Assembly (NCBI GenBank): GCA_963924565.1 | Contig: OZ004609.1 | Span: 22,072,001 to 22,136,000, forward strand | Length of the DNA stretch: 64,000 nt | Reading direction: 5' to 3' | From: Ascidiella aspersa | Lineage: Eukaryota | Shown: in pieces, positions 52,548 through 64,000 of the stretch | Position numbering within the stretch: position 1 is the stretch's first letter | Layout: every line of letters begins with the position of its first letter | Position numbers and translations under genes: made by a program | Notes under the pieces: generated by a model | What the model saw: only the letters and a program-made list of their open reading frames with translations | What the model was told of the DNA's origin: nothing | Databases searched by the model: none

Positions 52548-52704
52548 GAGACGGGGATGCGAACATTTTTGCACAATGTGTTGGGCATATTTTGCATTTT
52601 TGCACAATTTTTGAAGGCAGTTCAAAATGTGCGAACATTTTTTGCACATTTTGGCGTGCACATTTTTGCGCACATTGTGCAAAATAACGCCACGTCCCCT
52701 GTTG
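52548..52704. mobile_element. 157-bp minimal GAG...TTG element
   Basis: TSD TGGATTAG at 52540-52547 and 52705-52712; same ends as the 45362-46208 copy. Confidence 0.88.
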
Positions 52705-52760
52705 TGGATTAGTTAATAAATACCTGTGACCATTCGACTTTGTAGGTCAAAACACCAGAA

Positions 52761-55700
52761 ATGTCACAATCGTCAAAAAGAAAGATTGACTTAAGCACAG
52801 ACTTCGAAAAGGCTTTAGAAGAAGCAGGAGACTGTGGTTTGTATCACCTCTGGCTCATGTTTCTTATAGCGTTGCCCTATATACTTGTTGGGTCGCATAT
52901 GGGAGCATCCGTTTTCCAAGCTATGACGCCAAAGTACTTTTGTGATGACTACTACAGCACGTGGATAGAAAAGGTTTGTACCTTTTATATCAGATGTATA
53001 TTGCGAATTACAAAATGTGTTTATATTGACTAATTGATAACGGTGACAATTCTTTGGCCCAACATTTATTGTAATCCTGCGACTATTTAGGCCAATGCAC
53101 GATTTTTATAAACTCATAAAGTTTAATGTTTTGTATATTTTTGTGGTATGATATAGAGCAGTGCTTAGCACATGTATCGTACCATCTACCCAGGGCTTCA
53201 TATTGTTTTTATTCTCCACCTGTAAATGTGATGTTTTCATTCCCAAACTCATTTAGGGGATCTATGAAGTGCTTTTGTATTATTCTATTATCTAAGGGTA
53301 AAGTATATGCGGATAAAGATGCGAAAGCAGCGACCACCAAGATTACAATACAACAAATTTTTGCTGAAACTATTTAATTTATTTATTTAAATTACTTTAT
53401 AGAATTGCAACATGACCGGATCGGGCGAAAAACATGTTAACCTGTTAAATCGAGATAAAACTCCTTCGTCGGAATGTTACAGGTAAAACAAAGTCATTTA
53501 TGATGTGATCGTACAAATGTCGCCTTTTATGGTGTGCTATATAGTTCATGGTGTAAACTAAATATTGAGGTTTTTTATTCATGTTAAAGCTGTTTATAAG
53601 CTTGTTTAACACTCTCAGCTATGGTCGTACACGGGCGTGGATCATGTCGCCAATTACCCGTTTATGTTGACACAACTGTTTTGCAGTCTCAAGTTGGATT
53701 TCGGCAACACAAGCGTGGAAGAGACCTGTTATTTCGTAACACGAAATAATTCTGGCACTATAAATTCGACCCTGCCCGAATTTCCGCATGTCCATTGCAA
53801 CAGTTGGGTTTACGACAGATCCGTAATGCATAGCACTATTGTTACCGAGTTCACACTGGTATGCGGCGACACTTGGCGCAGTTATATATCTCAATCTACT
53901 TTCATGTTCGGGGTCCTTTTGGGAACCCTTGGCAGTGGTGCGATTTCCGACAGGTACGATATTACATGTGGCTGCATATCAATACCATTGCATCTTTTTG
54001 ACGTTTCACTTTATTGTTGTTTATGGCGAAAGATTTAGTTCACAAAGGGCAAAGGCGCTTAAGCTAAAGAAAAAATATATTTTATATATGTATATTATAT
54101 ATTAAAAACTAATCGTTTGCAATATAAGACAAAATAACGCTGACAACAAGCAATATATATAGATACTATTTATCTGCCGCCACATATGATATTAATTACT
54201 GTTTATTTGTCGCCACAAAACCCTGTAAATGGCTCTCGTTGATGGCTAATACAATTTTTCAACTCTATTGGGTTAATAAAATGTTTCTTGCAACGGTTTT
54301 TATAACAAAATACATTTTTAGGTGATAATAAATTCGCTAAATACAAATAAGGGTTTTAAACCGACAAAAATGAACGTTCTTCATAAAGTCTTATATTTAT
54401 AGTTGTGTTGTACAAAATATTTATGGTAGATAAAGTTTGCGTTCCTTCATTTCGTTTCCAATTACAATATTTTGTTCATCAACGTTTGTCGTAATGTTTA
54501 TACGTGTGTAACTGTGTATGTATACAGGTTTGGTAGAAGAACTGCCTTCCTCTTATCAGGAATTGGATCTCTCATTTTTGGCGTGGCAACAGCGTTTACA
54601 CAGTCCTACGCCATGTACATTCTCATGAGATGTCTATGCGGTCTTTTTGTGTACACTATGTTTCCAATACTTTTCATATTAGGTATGTATTCCTTCTTAA
54701 AAAAAACTAATTAAAAAAGCTACAAATAGATCGATACTGATTTTCTACATAAATGGAAGTACATGAAAGACATCCCAGACTAATCAAATCTGTCGATCAA
54801 TGGTGCAAGCAAGGCAGGCTGCAAAAAAAAAGTAGAGCCTGAAGTGAGGTTCGAATTCACGACTTCCGGCTATACCGGGACGGTCGCTCTACCAACTGAG
54901 CTGCACAGGCTCAGAGGGGAGCGAGTCGAAAACAACCATACGCCAATGCTTGCTACATCTTGTGAGGGGGCCTACAAGCAACTTCACATTGAATGTGGGA
55001 GTAAACGCTGAGTAAAAATACATACGCTGACTAAATATCGCATAAGTTCAACCGCAAAATATTTCTAAAGGCCTAAAAAACAATACCACTTATTACCGGA
55101 AACTGTATCTTTTGTCTTACCAAAATCTGTTTTGTGTTTTTCAGTTTCGGAAATAATTGTCGTTCGCCACCGAGCCTCCCTTGCTCAGTTTGCTGAGGTG
55201 TCTTTTGCAATCGGTTTAATGCTTCTTGCATTGCTCGCTTACTTCACCCGAGACTGGAGAAGTCTCCAATTGGCTATTTCTGTACCTTGCTCTGTTTCCA
55301 TCTTTTTGTGGTGGTTTGTACTGTCATTTAATATTATGAATTGTTCAGGCCGACTAAAAATCTTTCTGTATAATTTAAAATAAGTTATTATTTCTGCATA
55401 CAGTATGTTTGACAATAATTTAGTAAGATTTACTCAGTTTACTTGTTTATGGGGTTAAAAAATATTTAACGCTGATTTCGTCCACGCAGAAGTATTCGCT
55501 AGGCTAGAGGTACGTGCAAAAATACGTTAAAGAACCCCTGCACTTTTAAGTCATACCTTAATCGCGTCCGATTTAGTTTTAAATTAATATTTTTTTTGGT
55601 TTTCGCAATAGCTTGTACGATACTGGTGATGGTTTGCATCCTAGATAAGTAACCGTTACGACCGTCCCGCAGTAAATACGTTTACTTTATAATCTGGAGT

Positions 55701-58218
55701 ATTTTTTTTTAGAAAAACCCAAGCATGAGTTGAAAACTATTGAGTTGACGTCAATATAAAAAACTGAAAAAACAACGGCATTTTCACTCAAGTAAAGTTC
55801 GATGGTCAATCGCTAAACAGATTTAGTATCCCACATTTGCAAGTTGATTTGTCATTTATTATAATGCATCTTCCAGGGTTCTTCCAGAGTCGCCACGGTG
55901 GCTGATTGCCAACGACAAGCACAGGCAAGCCGAGGAAGTCATTCTTAAGATGAAGTCCGTCAACAAGTCCGAATGCCACCATTCTATAAAGATCGTTTCC
56001 ATTGAGAACACCACAGTTGGTATGGAACAAACAATCCCTCTTAGGCCTATATGGTTAACACAGAATTCTGTGGTTGCGATTATTTTGTATGACATAGGCT
56101 GCAACTTACGTAATGTAGAAAATCTGATAATTGTGCGTGTTTTAATAAACCTAATTGAAAAGTTTGCCATCAATTTTACGCAATTTTTATGCTCACATGC
56201 CCAAACTGTTGCGTTATAGGTTAAAGGGTATATATATTATTAGCTTTGTTTCGGGGCTTTGTGATTTTTGTCTAAAATTCTAAAACAAGGATTTTAGAAA
56301 GCTATACCTTTTTGTATGTGACGTTTTGCTAGTAACGTCAACCTCATAGCACATGTTATTCCAGAGGAAGAAGTGCCAATGCAGACGGCGGAAGACGGCC
56401 CAGCAGAAGATGGCCTCCAACAAGTTGTAACCCTAAAACTGGAACAGCAAAGCGTCATGGATCTGTTCAAACACAAAAACATTCGACGCGTCACAATCGT
56501 AATGTTTTACCAATGGTAAGCTGTCTGTTTGCTGTATATAAGATTTTTTGTAATCATATTAGGCCACGGTCTAAAAACGTAAAACTATAATAGGCTATGC
56601 GGCGTTTGGAAGTTGGTAACGTCGCTGTCTTAAAAACTTGGTATTGGGGCAAAGTTACTCTAAGCACTTTTGAAACCATTTTTGCAGTAACATCCTAGTA
56701 AAGTTCGCATCCTGCGTCTTTAGTTTGGCTTAATTAGGCTTTGTAGTACTTAACAAAAAGTATATAACGCTGTATAGTTATAATGCAAAAGTTCTCACCT
56801 ATATCACGTAGATGTTTGCAAAAACTGTTCAGGTCAAGCTGCGAACTTAACTAGGATATTACTGTAGTAAAATAGGTAAAAGTAAATGCCCAGAAACTTA
56901 TTAGGCCACAGCCAAAATAAATCACTGGTCGCAATGTAATACGTTTTTTGTGCCTTAAATTAGGTTCGCAGTTTCCTGCGTTTACTACGCTCTGACGTTG
57001 AACGCCGCCGAACTTGGCGGTAACCCCTTCACAAATCTTTTTCTAAACGCCTTGGCGGAAACGGTTGCGGCATGCCTCGTCATCCCACTGGTCAACAAAT
57101 GTGGAAGGCAACTTTGCAGCTCCATTAGCGAGATCATGGCCGGCGTGTTTTGCCTTGTTTTGTCTAACTTACCTAACGGTATGGCGATCTATAAACTTTT
57201 ACGTGACCTATACTGTTTAAGATGTTATGTTTATAATTTCAGAAAAACGTTACTTTGTTTAGCATATGTTTAAGTAGTACACAATGCAAATTCTGTACAG
57301 ATCATACCGCCTTGCTTGTGTTTTTCTCAATCCTTGGGAAGTTTTCCATTGCTATCTCATTCAGCACAATGTACATCCAAGTCTGCGAAGTTTATCCAAC
57401 ACAAATCAGGTGGGCAGTACATTGATAAAAACTTAACAAATTAGGTATAATATAAACAAATATTTCACATTCGGATTTCTTATAAAAAAGAATTCTCTTT
57501 TTAAAAGAAAGTGAATAATGCATTAGTTTTTAGCAGCTTAAGACTAGATCCCTATAAAGTACTATCCGGTTCAGACTTTGTCTGAGTTTAGCCAACTGTA
57601 TTCACACCCAAACATTTAATTGTCATGCGACAATTTCTATCTACAAATAACTGTTTATATTTTAATTGTCAATGCGGTTTTATGGTTTATACATATAGGA
57701 GTCGCGCAACCGGAGCGTGCAGCGCTTGGGCAAGGGTTGGAGGAATTGCATCCCCTCTAATCGCAATGTTGACAATGTTGGTTCCAAGTTTGCCTTACGT
57801 GATTTTCTCCATAATGTCAGTCGTATCAGGTGAACGCAGATCTAAATTCGATCTGTAAATGCAAAACTATTGTTACATCGTAAGGACAAAGCAAGCCTCG
57901 AAACCTATACATACAGTATAAACTGTTTTTTTTTTACAGATATTGTACGAAACGTAGGGCGGTGTTTGTCTTGTTGTTCGATTGACCTTATTGTGTGATT
58001 ATTTTTATTTATAAGGTATCTTGACACTTATGATTCCCGAGACGAACAACCGACCGTTGCTCGGGACAATTAAGGAAGCCGAAGCTTTCGCTGCCGCCAA
58101 CCCGGGTCCGCTCCTCAATTATTTTCAGAGACGTAATGTCAGCAAAAAGAGAAGTTTGGCAAAGTGTTCTAAATCGCCAGACGCACCTGTTGAAAGATTT
58201 GCAGAACATATAGGTTGA
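52761..58218 (+). CDS. SLC22 organic cation/anion transporter (MFS), 11 coding exons
   Basis: Exons 52761-52973, 53403-53482, 53687-53953, 54528-54682, 55145-55313, 55877-56019, 56365-56515, 56964-57178, 57301-57409, 57699-57829, 58016-58218. Motifs DFEKALEEAGDCG, WVYD..STIVTEFTLVC, SDRFGRR, WRSLQ, PESPRWL, EVYPTQIR, PET. Confidence 0.93.
54835..54912 (-). ncRNA. tRNA-like unit with a non-canonical cloverleaf, A/B boxes and an oligo-T terminator; probably repeat-derived
   Basis: gagcctgtgcagctcagttggtagagcg...gtgaattcgaacctcacttcaggctc followed by tac and T9. Extended acceptor stem, normal D and T arms, no canonical anticodon arm. Confidence 0.6.
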
Positions 58219-59719
58219 GAGATCTGGACAACGAAAGCAAATAGACTTTTTTACGACCTACTTTCAGGGGTTTCACGAGTCATATTTAAAAGCGCAAAAT
58301 GGGCAGCTCATTCAAAAAAAGTTTAGTACCCGAGCGTGTTCATATAACCTTTCTTGAAACTGGCGTGCCAACAAAAAACATGCAAGCACAAAAACTAACC
58401 ACCTTGTAAAATTGAAAGACGCTATTGAGAAATTTGATCATGATTCTTTAATAGGAATGAAGTTATTTGCACATTTTCTAATTCAAATAAATATTTCCTA
58501 TGATGACTAGTGCAAAAAACGTAATCTCCAAATGTTATTTATGGCCTACAAGCGAGACACAAAACAACCGTACAAAAGTTCCAAATAAGCTGCAAACGTT
58601 TCAGATAATTGTTTTGTGTGTTTAGCTCCTTTACCATTTAGGTATTGCTTTCAGCTGCCCCAAAAGATGGGAGATAATTTTGTGTAAATACTTAGTAGCG
58701 TGTTTCAGTGCAACCTTTCTCTCATGTTTTTCTATGTTGGAAGTAGAAAATAGAATTTTATGGAATGAATATGACGTTTGAGCTATGATTTGTGCTATCA
58801 CAGTAACAAAGGTTAAGTTATCTTGTAAAATTTTGCTGCAGTACGAGTCACTTTTGAAGTTTCGCAACCTTTGAAGTTCGTTTATTTTCTGTATATATTG
58901 CAACTAACATTTTTTGTTGTTGAGATAAATAAAACGTCGGACTGTTTTGAGACAGTTTGTTTTATCTTAGCGTAGCACAAAACCAAAAAGAGATTCCAAA
59001 AATGTTTCCATTTAAATAGTTTTTGGGTTGAATTATCAAAAAAATTAGTTTAAATGATGACAAAAACTTGTACACCTTCAACCTCCTTGATCACCCCTGT
59101 AGTGCCACTGTGCCAATTACGACATTATGTTAACAGAGTGCGATGCAGTTCATAAAAGCAACACGGGGAAACGAAGCCATGCATTACTTTATTTTTAGAC
59201 AATTCTACGGAAATTTAGGAACGGTTTATGTTTATAATGAACACAAAGTAAATACATTATAATAATTTAATTCCACTATACGGCCGGCGCAAATCGCTGT
59301 TTAGCAAGTCTTAGAATACGCCCCTATGCTAAAACGACCAATGCGCTTGCTCCCAAAGAGGAGGCGTGTTATAGTTTTTACCCTGCCGACACCACTTACT
59401 GTCTTAAATGCAAAAGATTTTCTGCTATAGTGTTTGTGAGTCTGTCATGGATCAAGAAAGATGACAATTTTGATGAAGAACTATTGCCTTGTCACGATGC
59501 AAAATTGGGTGAGAAAAAATGCAAAGTTAAAGCATCGGTGCAATTCAACGCAATGCACATTCTTAAAAATGTTGTCGAATGATATTTAGGCAACGTTGAA
59601 AGAATAACGTCAGCTGCGCACTTTACGATGTTAAGCTTCACTGTTTATTGAAATTCGAAACTATGTTTTTTTTATTTTTAAGATTCCTTGCCACAATTGG
59701 AACGCAAGTTTAGGAAACC

Positions 59720-61314
59720 ATGAACGTTGAAGAATACCTGCAGCGAATCAATTACGGCGGTTCAATGATACCAAGCCGGGAGAACTTGGATCTTCTATTC
59801 CGTACCCATCGCAGCAATATCCCTTCCACAAACCTGGACGTGTTCGGAGGTCCTAGGAGGGAATTCCGTCTGGAGGACATATTCGAGTTCGTGGTGCGCC
59901 GCAAGAGAGGCGGGATCTGCTACGAGGTGAACTCTCTCTTCTGCTGGCTGCTGAATCAGCTCGGATTCCAGTGCACGATGATCCAGAGCGGTTTCTTTTT
60001 TAAGGAACTCAACAAGTTCGGTGACAAATTCACTCACATGGCCCTTCTTGTAAGTGGTATGAAACACGGTAATAAAATGTATAATTACCCTTTAACCGTA
60101 TTTACCATATTTTAAAATTATACCGCTCGATCTACAAATTTGGCTCGCTTAAAGACCTCTGCAATTGTGATTGGAAATGTTTATTTTTACTTCTATAGTT
60201 TTATTTTTTGTGTTTCTCAACCTTGATTTGTTTGCCGTTTGATTAGGTGGGGTCACCGAATGCAATAGTTCACTAGGTTAGATTTTTATTGAGATTGATT
60301 CTAAGAAAGGATTTCTACCATATTTCGGAAACTGCAAAGCAATGCTAAGAATAGTGGCTCATACTATTTTAATTTGTACTTGGTTATGTCTTAAGTATTT
60401 CGCTTAATTATACGCCTCGCGATTATACTTAATAAATGTTTTACTTTTCTTATCAGGTAACTTTTCGCGACTGTCAATCCTCGTCGGCGGTCAGATATGT
60501 CGTCAATCTCGCTTATTCGGATGCATTACCACTCGACATCGAACACTCGGGTGCACAAATCCAACAAAAAGGGGTGTTCAGGGTTCGCAGGGAGCCGGAT
60601 GACCCAGATTGCTATTACGTGGAACGGCACAAGAAATCTGTTCTCAGCCTAACAGGTTAGCAGTTTTATAGTATGGTTGTTCGGGGGAATTGTCGCATGG
60701 CAATTATCAACTTACCTTCTTAAAGATTTTTTACTATAGCTTCGCGTGTTAGGCACGAATCGGATCTTAACATTATTAACTTTTTACCAAATAAAACATA
60801 TTGAATGATTGGCGGGGCTTTGGTAAATCAATTTTTTTCTACAAGCAGTAAATGCCCAACATTTTATCTTAATGGTATTCTTCGGATAGGTAAGGTTTTG
60901 AAGCAAGGACCAGGCAGTGAGTTGTCGAGTGGCATCGCTAGTGTCTGTTCTGCGGATTGCGCCAACCCAAACTCGGGACATTGGACGCCAGCCTTTCGTT
61001 TCTCGCCGCTGGCCCACAAAATGGAGGACTTCGTCGAAGGGTACAAGTCTCAAGTGTACAACCCTAAGAGTCGCCTGCGCAACCATCTGCGCATGCTCCT
61101 GAACAACGACCGCATGTCTTTTAAGCTCGTGTCCGAAACCTTGTCGATATCGGTGCCTAGCGACTCAATGACCGATCGCATTATCGCGTCCGCCAAAGTA
61201 CGAAGCGACGACCAAGTGGCGGGGATCGTGTCCGACATTTTTGGTCTGCAGCAAGACTTCAAGATCAAGTACTTCGACCGGCTTGACTTGAATAAAAACG
61301 TTCAACAACCATAA
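59720..61314 (+). CDS. arylamine N-acetyltransferase family protein (divergent), 3 coding exons
   Basis: Exons 59720-60049, 60457-60655, 60890-61314: MNVEEYLQRINY, H..NIPSTNLD, RKRGGICYEVNSLF.WLL.QLGF, HMALLV. Confidence 0.88.
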
Positions 61315-62854
61315 AAAAAACCTTGGCCATTTTCTGTCAACCAAACTATATGTTCACCTTTTAATAACCAATGTAGCGTATGGCAATACTTAGAGTTAGC
61401 AATGATAATTTTGTTGGACACAACTTTGTGACGTCATCTCTGAAATTTTTTATGCGACCCGGTGAAAAAATTATTCCCCTTTTACCCCTGAATTCACATG
61501 TATTTTATTCTATATATTTATTCTAACATGAACTCAACCAAGGTGGTATGACTTTGTATTGTTTTTAAGGTGCACGTTTGTTTATTCGAGCAGTAAGAAT
61601 CACAGTATATAAAGAAGCAAGAAAGATCATCAGACCATAGAAACAAAAAGCAAACAGAATCATGAACGATCCGCAGCTAAATTATGCGACACAGATAACA
61701 TTGCCAAGCGTATAAAATCTGGATTACATTATTATAATTAGGGCTACATCAACAAGTCTGGAGATTTTGATACAAATCATGGCGACAGGGCCAACGAGAA
61801 TTTACGATAAAAGAGTAACAAGTAATAGCCCCCTTTTAAAAGTAAATAAATAATTTCTCAGATTAACAATATAAATACGTTTACTGAAATATCCGAAATT
61901 CGAACACGTTCTATGAAATATTACCGCAGCAACTCGCAATGCGCTACCGAATAGATGATTTACTGAAAAAACCTAAAATTAAACGTCGGTGGGTAAAATG
62001 CCGCAACTGCGACAACTTTCCAAAGGTTAACCTTTGAAGTATTTCGTGAGGTTTAGCAGCAGCAGCACTTGTAAAGAAATAACTCGTTTTTCAGTTTGCA
62101 ACTAATTCGCAAGATTATCACTGGCATGAAAAGGTATGGCGCAAAAATTTTGCGCCAGTCGAATCATATTCTTTGCTTGTGTCACAAAAAATCTAACGTA
62201 ACAAACTTTCAAATCAACGAAGAGAAACAGCAAATGTAACACTGCTGTTACAGTAGCACTGCATTCCGCTTCACTCACGAAACGAAACATAACAGTTCTA
62301 GCGACGAAGTGCGAGCTAGCGGACAAGTTAAAATAAACTATTTTTTTCCTATTGCAGAATTGTGTTATATTGTTATGCATAAACTGTAAAGTTCGTTTTC
62401 AAGGAGCTCTTAGTAAATATATATGTATATAACATATATTTCTGTACTGATTTAAATCGCAGCAATAATATTTTAGGGTGAACGATCAATATATCAACGC
62501 GTGAACGGCCTCCAGGCGTGAAAGCAGCGAGTAAACTCCCAGGGTTCGTTTCCCTTGCGCACCAGCTTTAGTCGACGCTTGATTCCCTTGCTCTTTAGAT
62601 GCTGGATGTAAACCTATTAACCACACAATACAAGCTTGTAGTGCAATCAACTCAACATTTTCACAAAATACAAGCTACAACTCAACATTTTAAGAGTTAT
62701 TCCACATTCAAAGACAGTGCATGGGTAATGTCCTAAGATCGTCTTATATTATTTAAGAGAAATTATTACATTTAATTCAGACAATATTAATAAATACTAT
62801 ATTTTTACACGATTATATAATTTTTTTTAACTATTAAACCGTCCAAATGGTTTT

Positions 62855-63172
62855 CAGGGGTTCTTAAACTAGGGTCCATGAACCCCTTGGGGTCCGTGAA
62901 TTAGTTATAGGGAGTCCATGAAGGCCTAATCGAAATATTAGTGTATTATTCAAAAAGTTAAATTTTTCAATGAAATCAGTTAAATTAAAAATAAAACGGT
63001 TTTGCACCGAATTTATTTAGACTCCGTTTCACTTTCGCATTTATTGGACAAAAATCAACAAATATATGAAGTTTATTTTGTATTATCTCTGAAAATTGTT
63101 TGCCTACCGTGGTCCACGCGAAGCCAAAAAAAATGTTAGGGGTCCGCGGTAAAAAAAACTTAAGAACCCCTG
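62855..63172. mobile_element. hAT Charlie-like MITE
   Basis: TIR caggggttcttaa / ttaagaacccctg with GGGGTCC subterminal motifs; no clear TSD. Confidence 0.75.
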
Positions 63173-64000
63173 GTTTACCTAACTTCGGTTGTATCAAAGT
63201 GTTGTTGTGGCTTAATGCAGTTAAAAAAGACAGCCAGTATTATGAATGTCTAACCGACATTGCGGTACTGAGACAAACAAACTTACTGATGTCGTTTTCA
63301 GGCCGAGTTTGACTTCCACTTGACTGGTTTGCGTTCCCACCCATAAGTAGACCTAGAAAGCAAAGCGAGGAACGGTTAACTGCGTTCCCTTGTAATAAGC
63401 GGTAACAAAAATATTAAAATCCGTGACAACTCAGGAAGAACGTTTATTAATGAAGTAACTGATATAATTGTTAAAATATTAACTTTTTGTCAGACGTTAT
63501 ATTTTTCAAATTTGTTTAGGATTCCAACTTTTGATCTATTGGTAAGCTTTTTGATACAATTTTGTTGTGTACGATAAAATAGCCAGTTCACGGCGGGCCG
63601 TAAAAATTACCAAGGTTTTCTCAACCTTGCTGCAAAGTTAATGTGTTGTTTTATTCTCGTTTATTGTTAAGTTACGGTTTACCACTCAGCAAAAATACGA
63701 CCAAGGGTCAACTGCGTTAGACCATAATGGACAATGACGGTTCTAAAATTAGGTTTATATTAGATTTATCTGTCCAGTCAAGTTCATATTTAAAAACAGA
63801 CACCAAAGCAAACTTTACACCTTCAAAATATTTCACAATTTTAAACTCTAGCATAATTTAGATTGTTTCTACAAACGCGACCGCTACAACGTGAATGCGG
63901 ACCAACGACAGGCTGCGGGTAAATATGCGATAAACAAAATTCCGACAAAATCAACGAAGCAACAACAACAACAAAAAAATGGAGCTGCGGTGAGGCGCCA

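Noticed and set aside
53619-53686. Apparent frameshift between SLC22 exons 2 and 3 using the acceptor at 53618
   Set aside because: The downstream acceptor tgttttgcag (53686) restores phase, so the gene is intact.
62500-62620. tRNA T-arm-like gggttcgtttccc...gcgcacca (possible SINE fragment)
   Set aside because: No A box or cloverleaf and no second copy in the window.
63979-64000. Possible start of the next gene (ATG GAG CTG CG/gtgag)
   Set aside because: Too little sequence at the window edge to support a call.

Overview
AT-rich (roughly one third GC), intron-rich animal genomic DNA. Short introns, a mosaic CpG pattern and compact gene spacing suggest an invertebrate chordate such as an ascidian (inference). 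Eight spliced protein-coding genes were reconstructed by hand with GT-AG, phase-consistent exons: FTSJ1/TRM7 (+), cyclin A (+), a HYKK-like kinase (-), RPL17 (-), CIAO2B/FAM96B (+), FANCB (+), an SLC22 transporter (+) and an arylamine N-acetyltransferase-like gene (+). Introns and intergenic DNA hold many nested non-autonomous DNA transposons, a decayed hAT transposase and an LTR relic. The most notable observations are: an H/ACA snoRNA in RPL17 intron 2 that targets 28S helix 69 (SNORA23-like, in a different host than in human); a four-copy transposon group with 8-bp TSDs and non-matching GAG...TTG termini; tRNA-like units with a 9-bp acceptor stem, one arranged as a divergent pair; a NAT with a Cys-His-Asn triad; a HYKK-like kinase with QxD in place of HxD; a candidate CIAO2B-FANCB operon; a vertebrate-like CDE/CHR cyclin A promoter; and back-to-back poly(A) signals between two convergent genes. 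No CRISPR or prokaryotic system is present.
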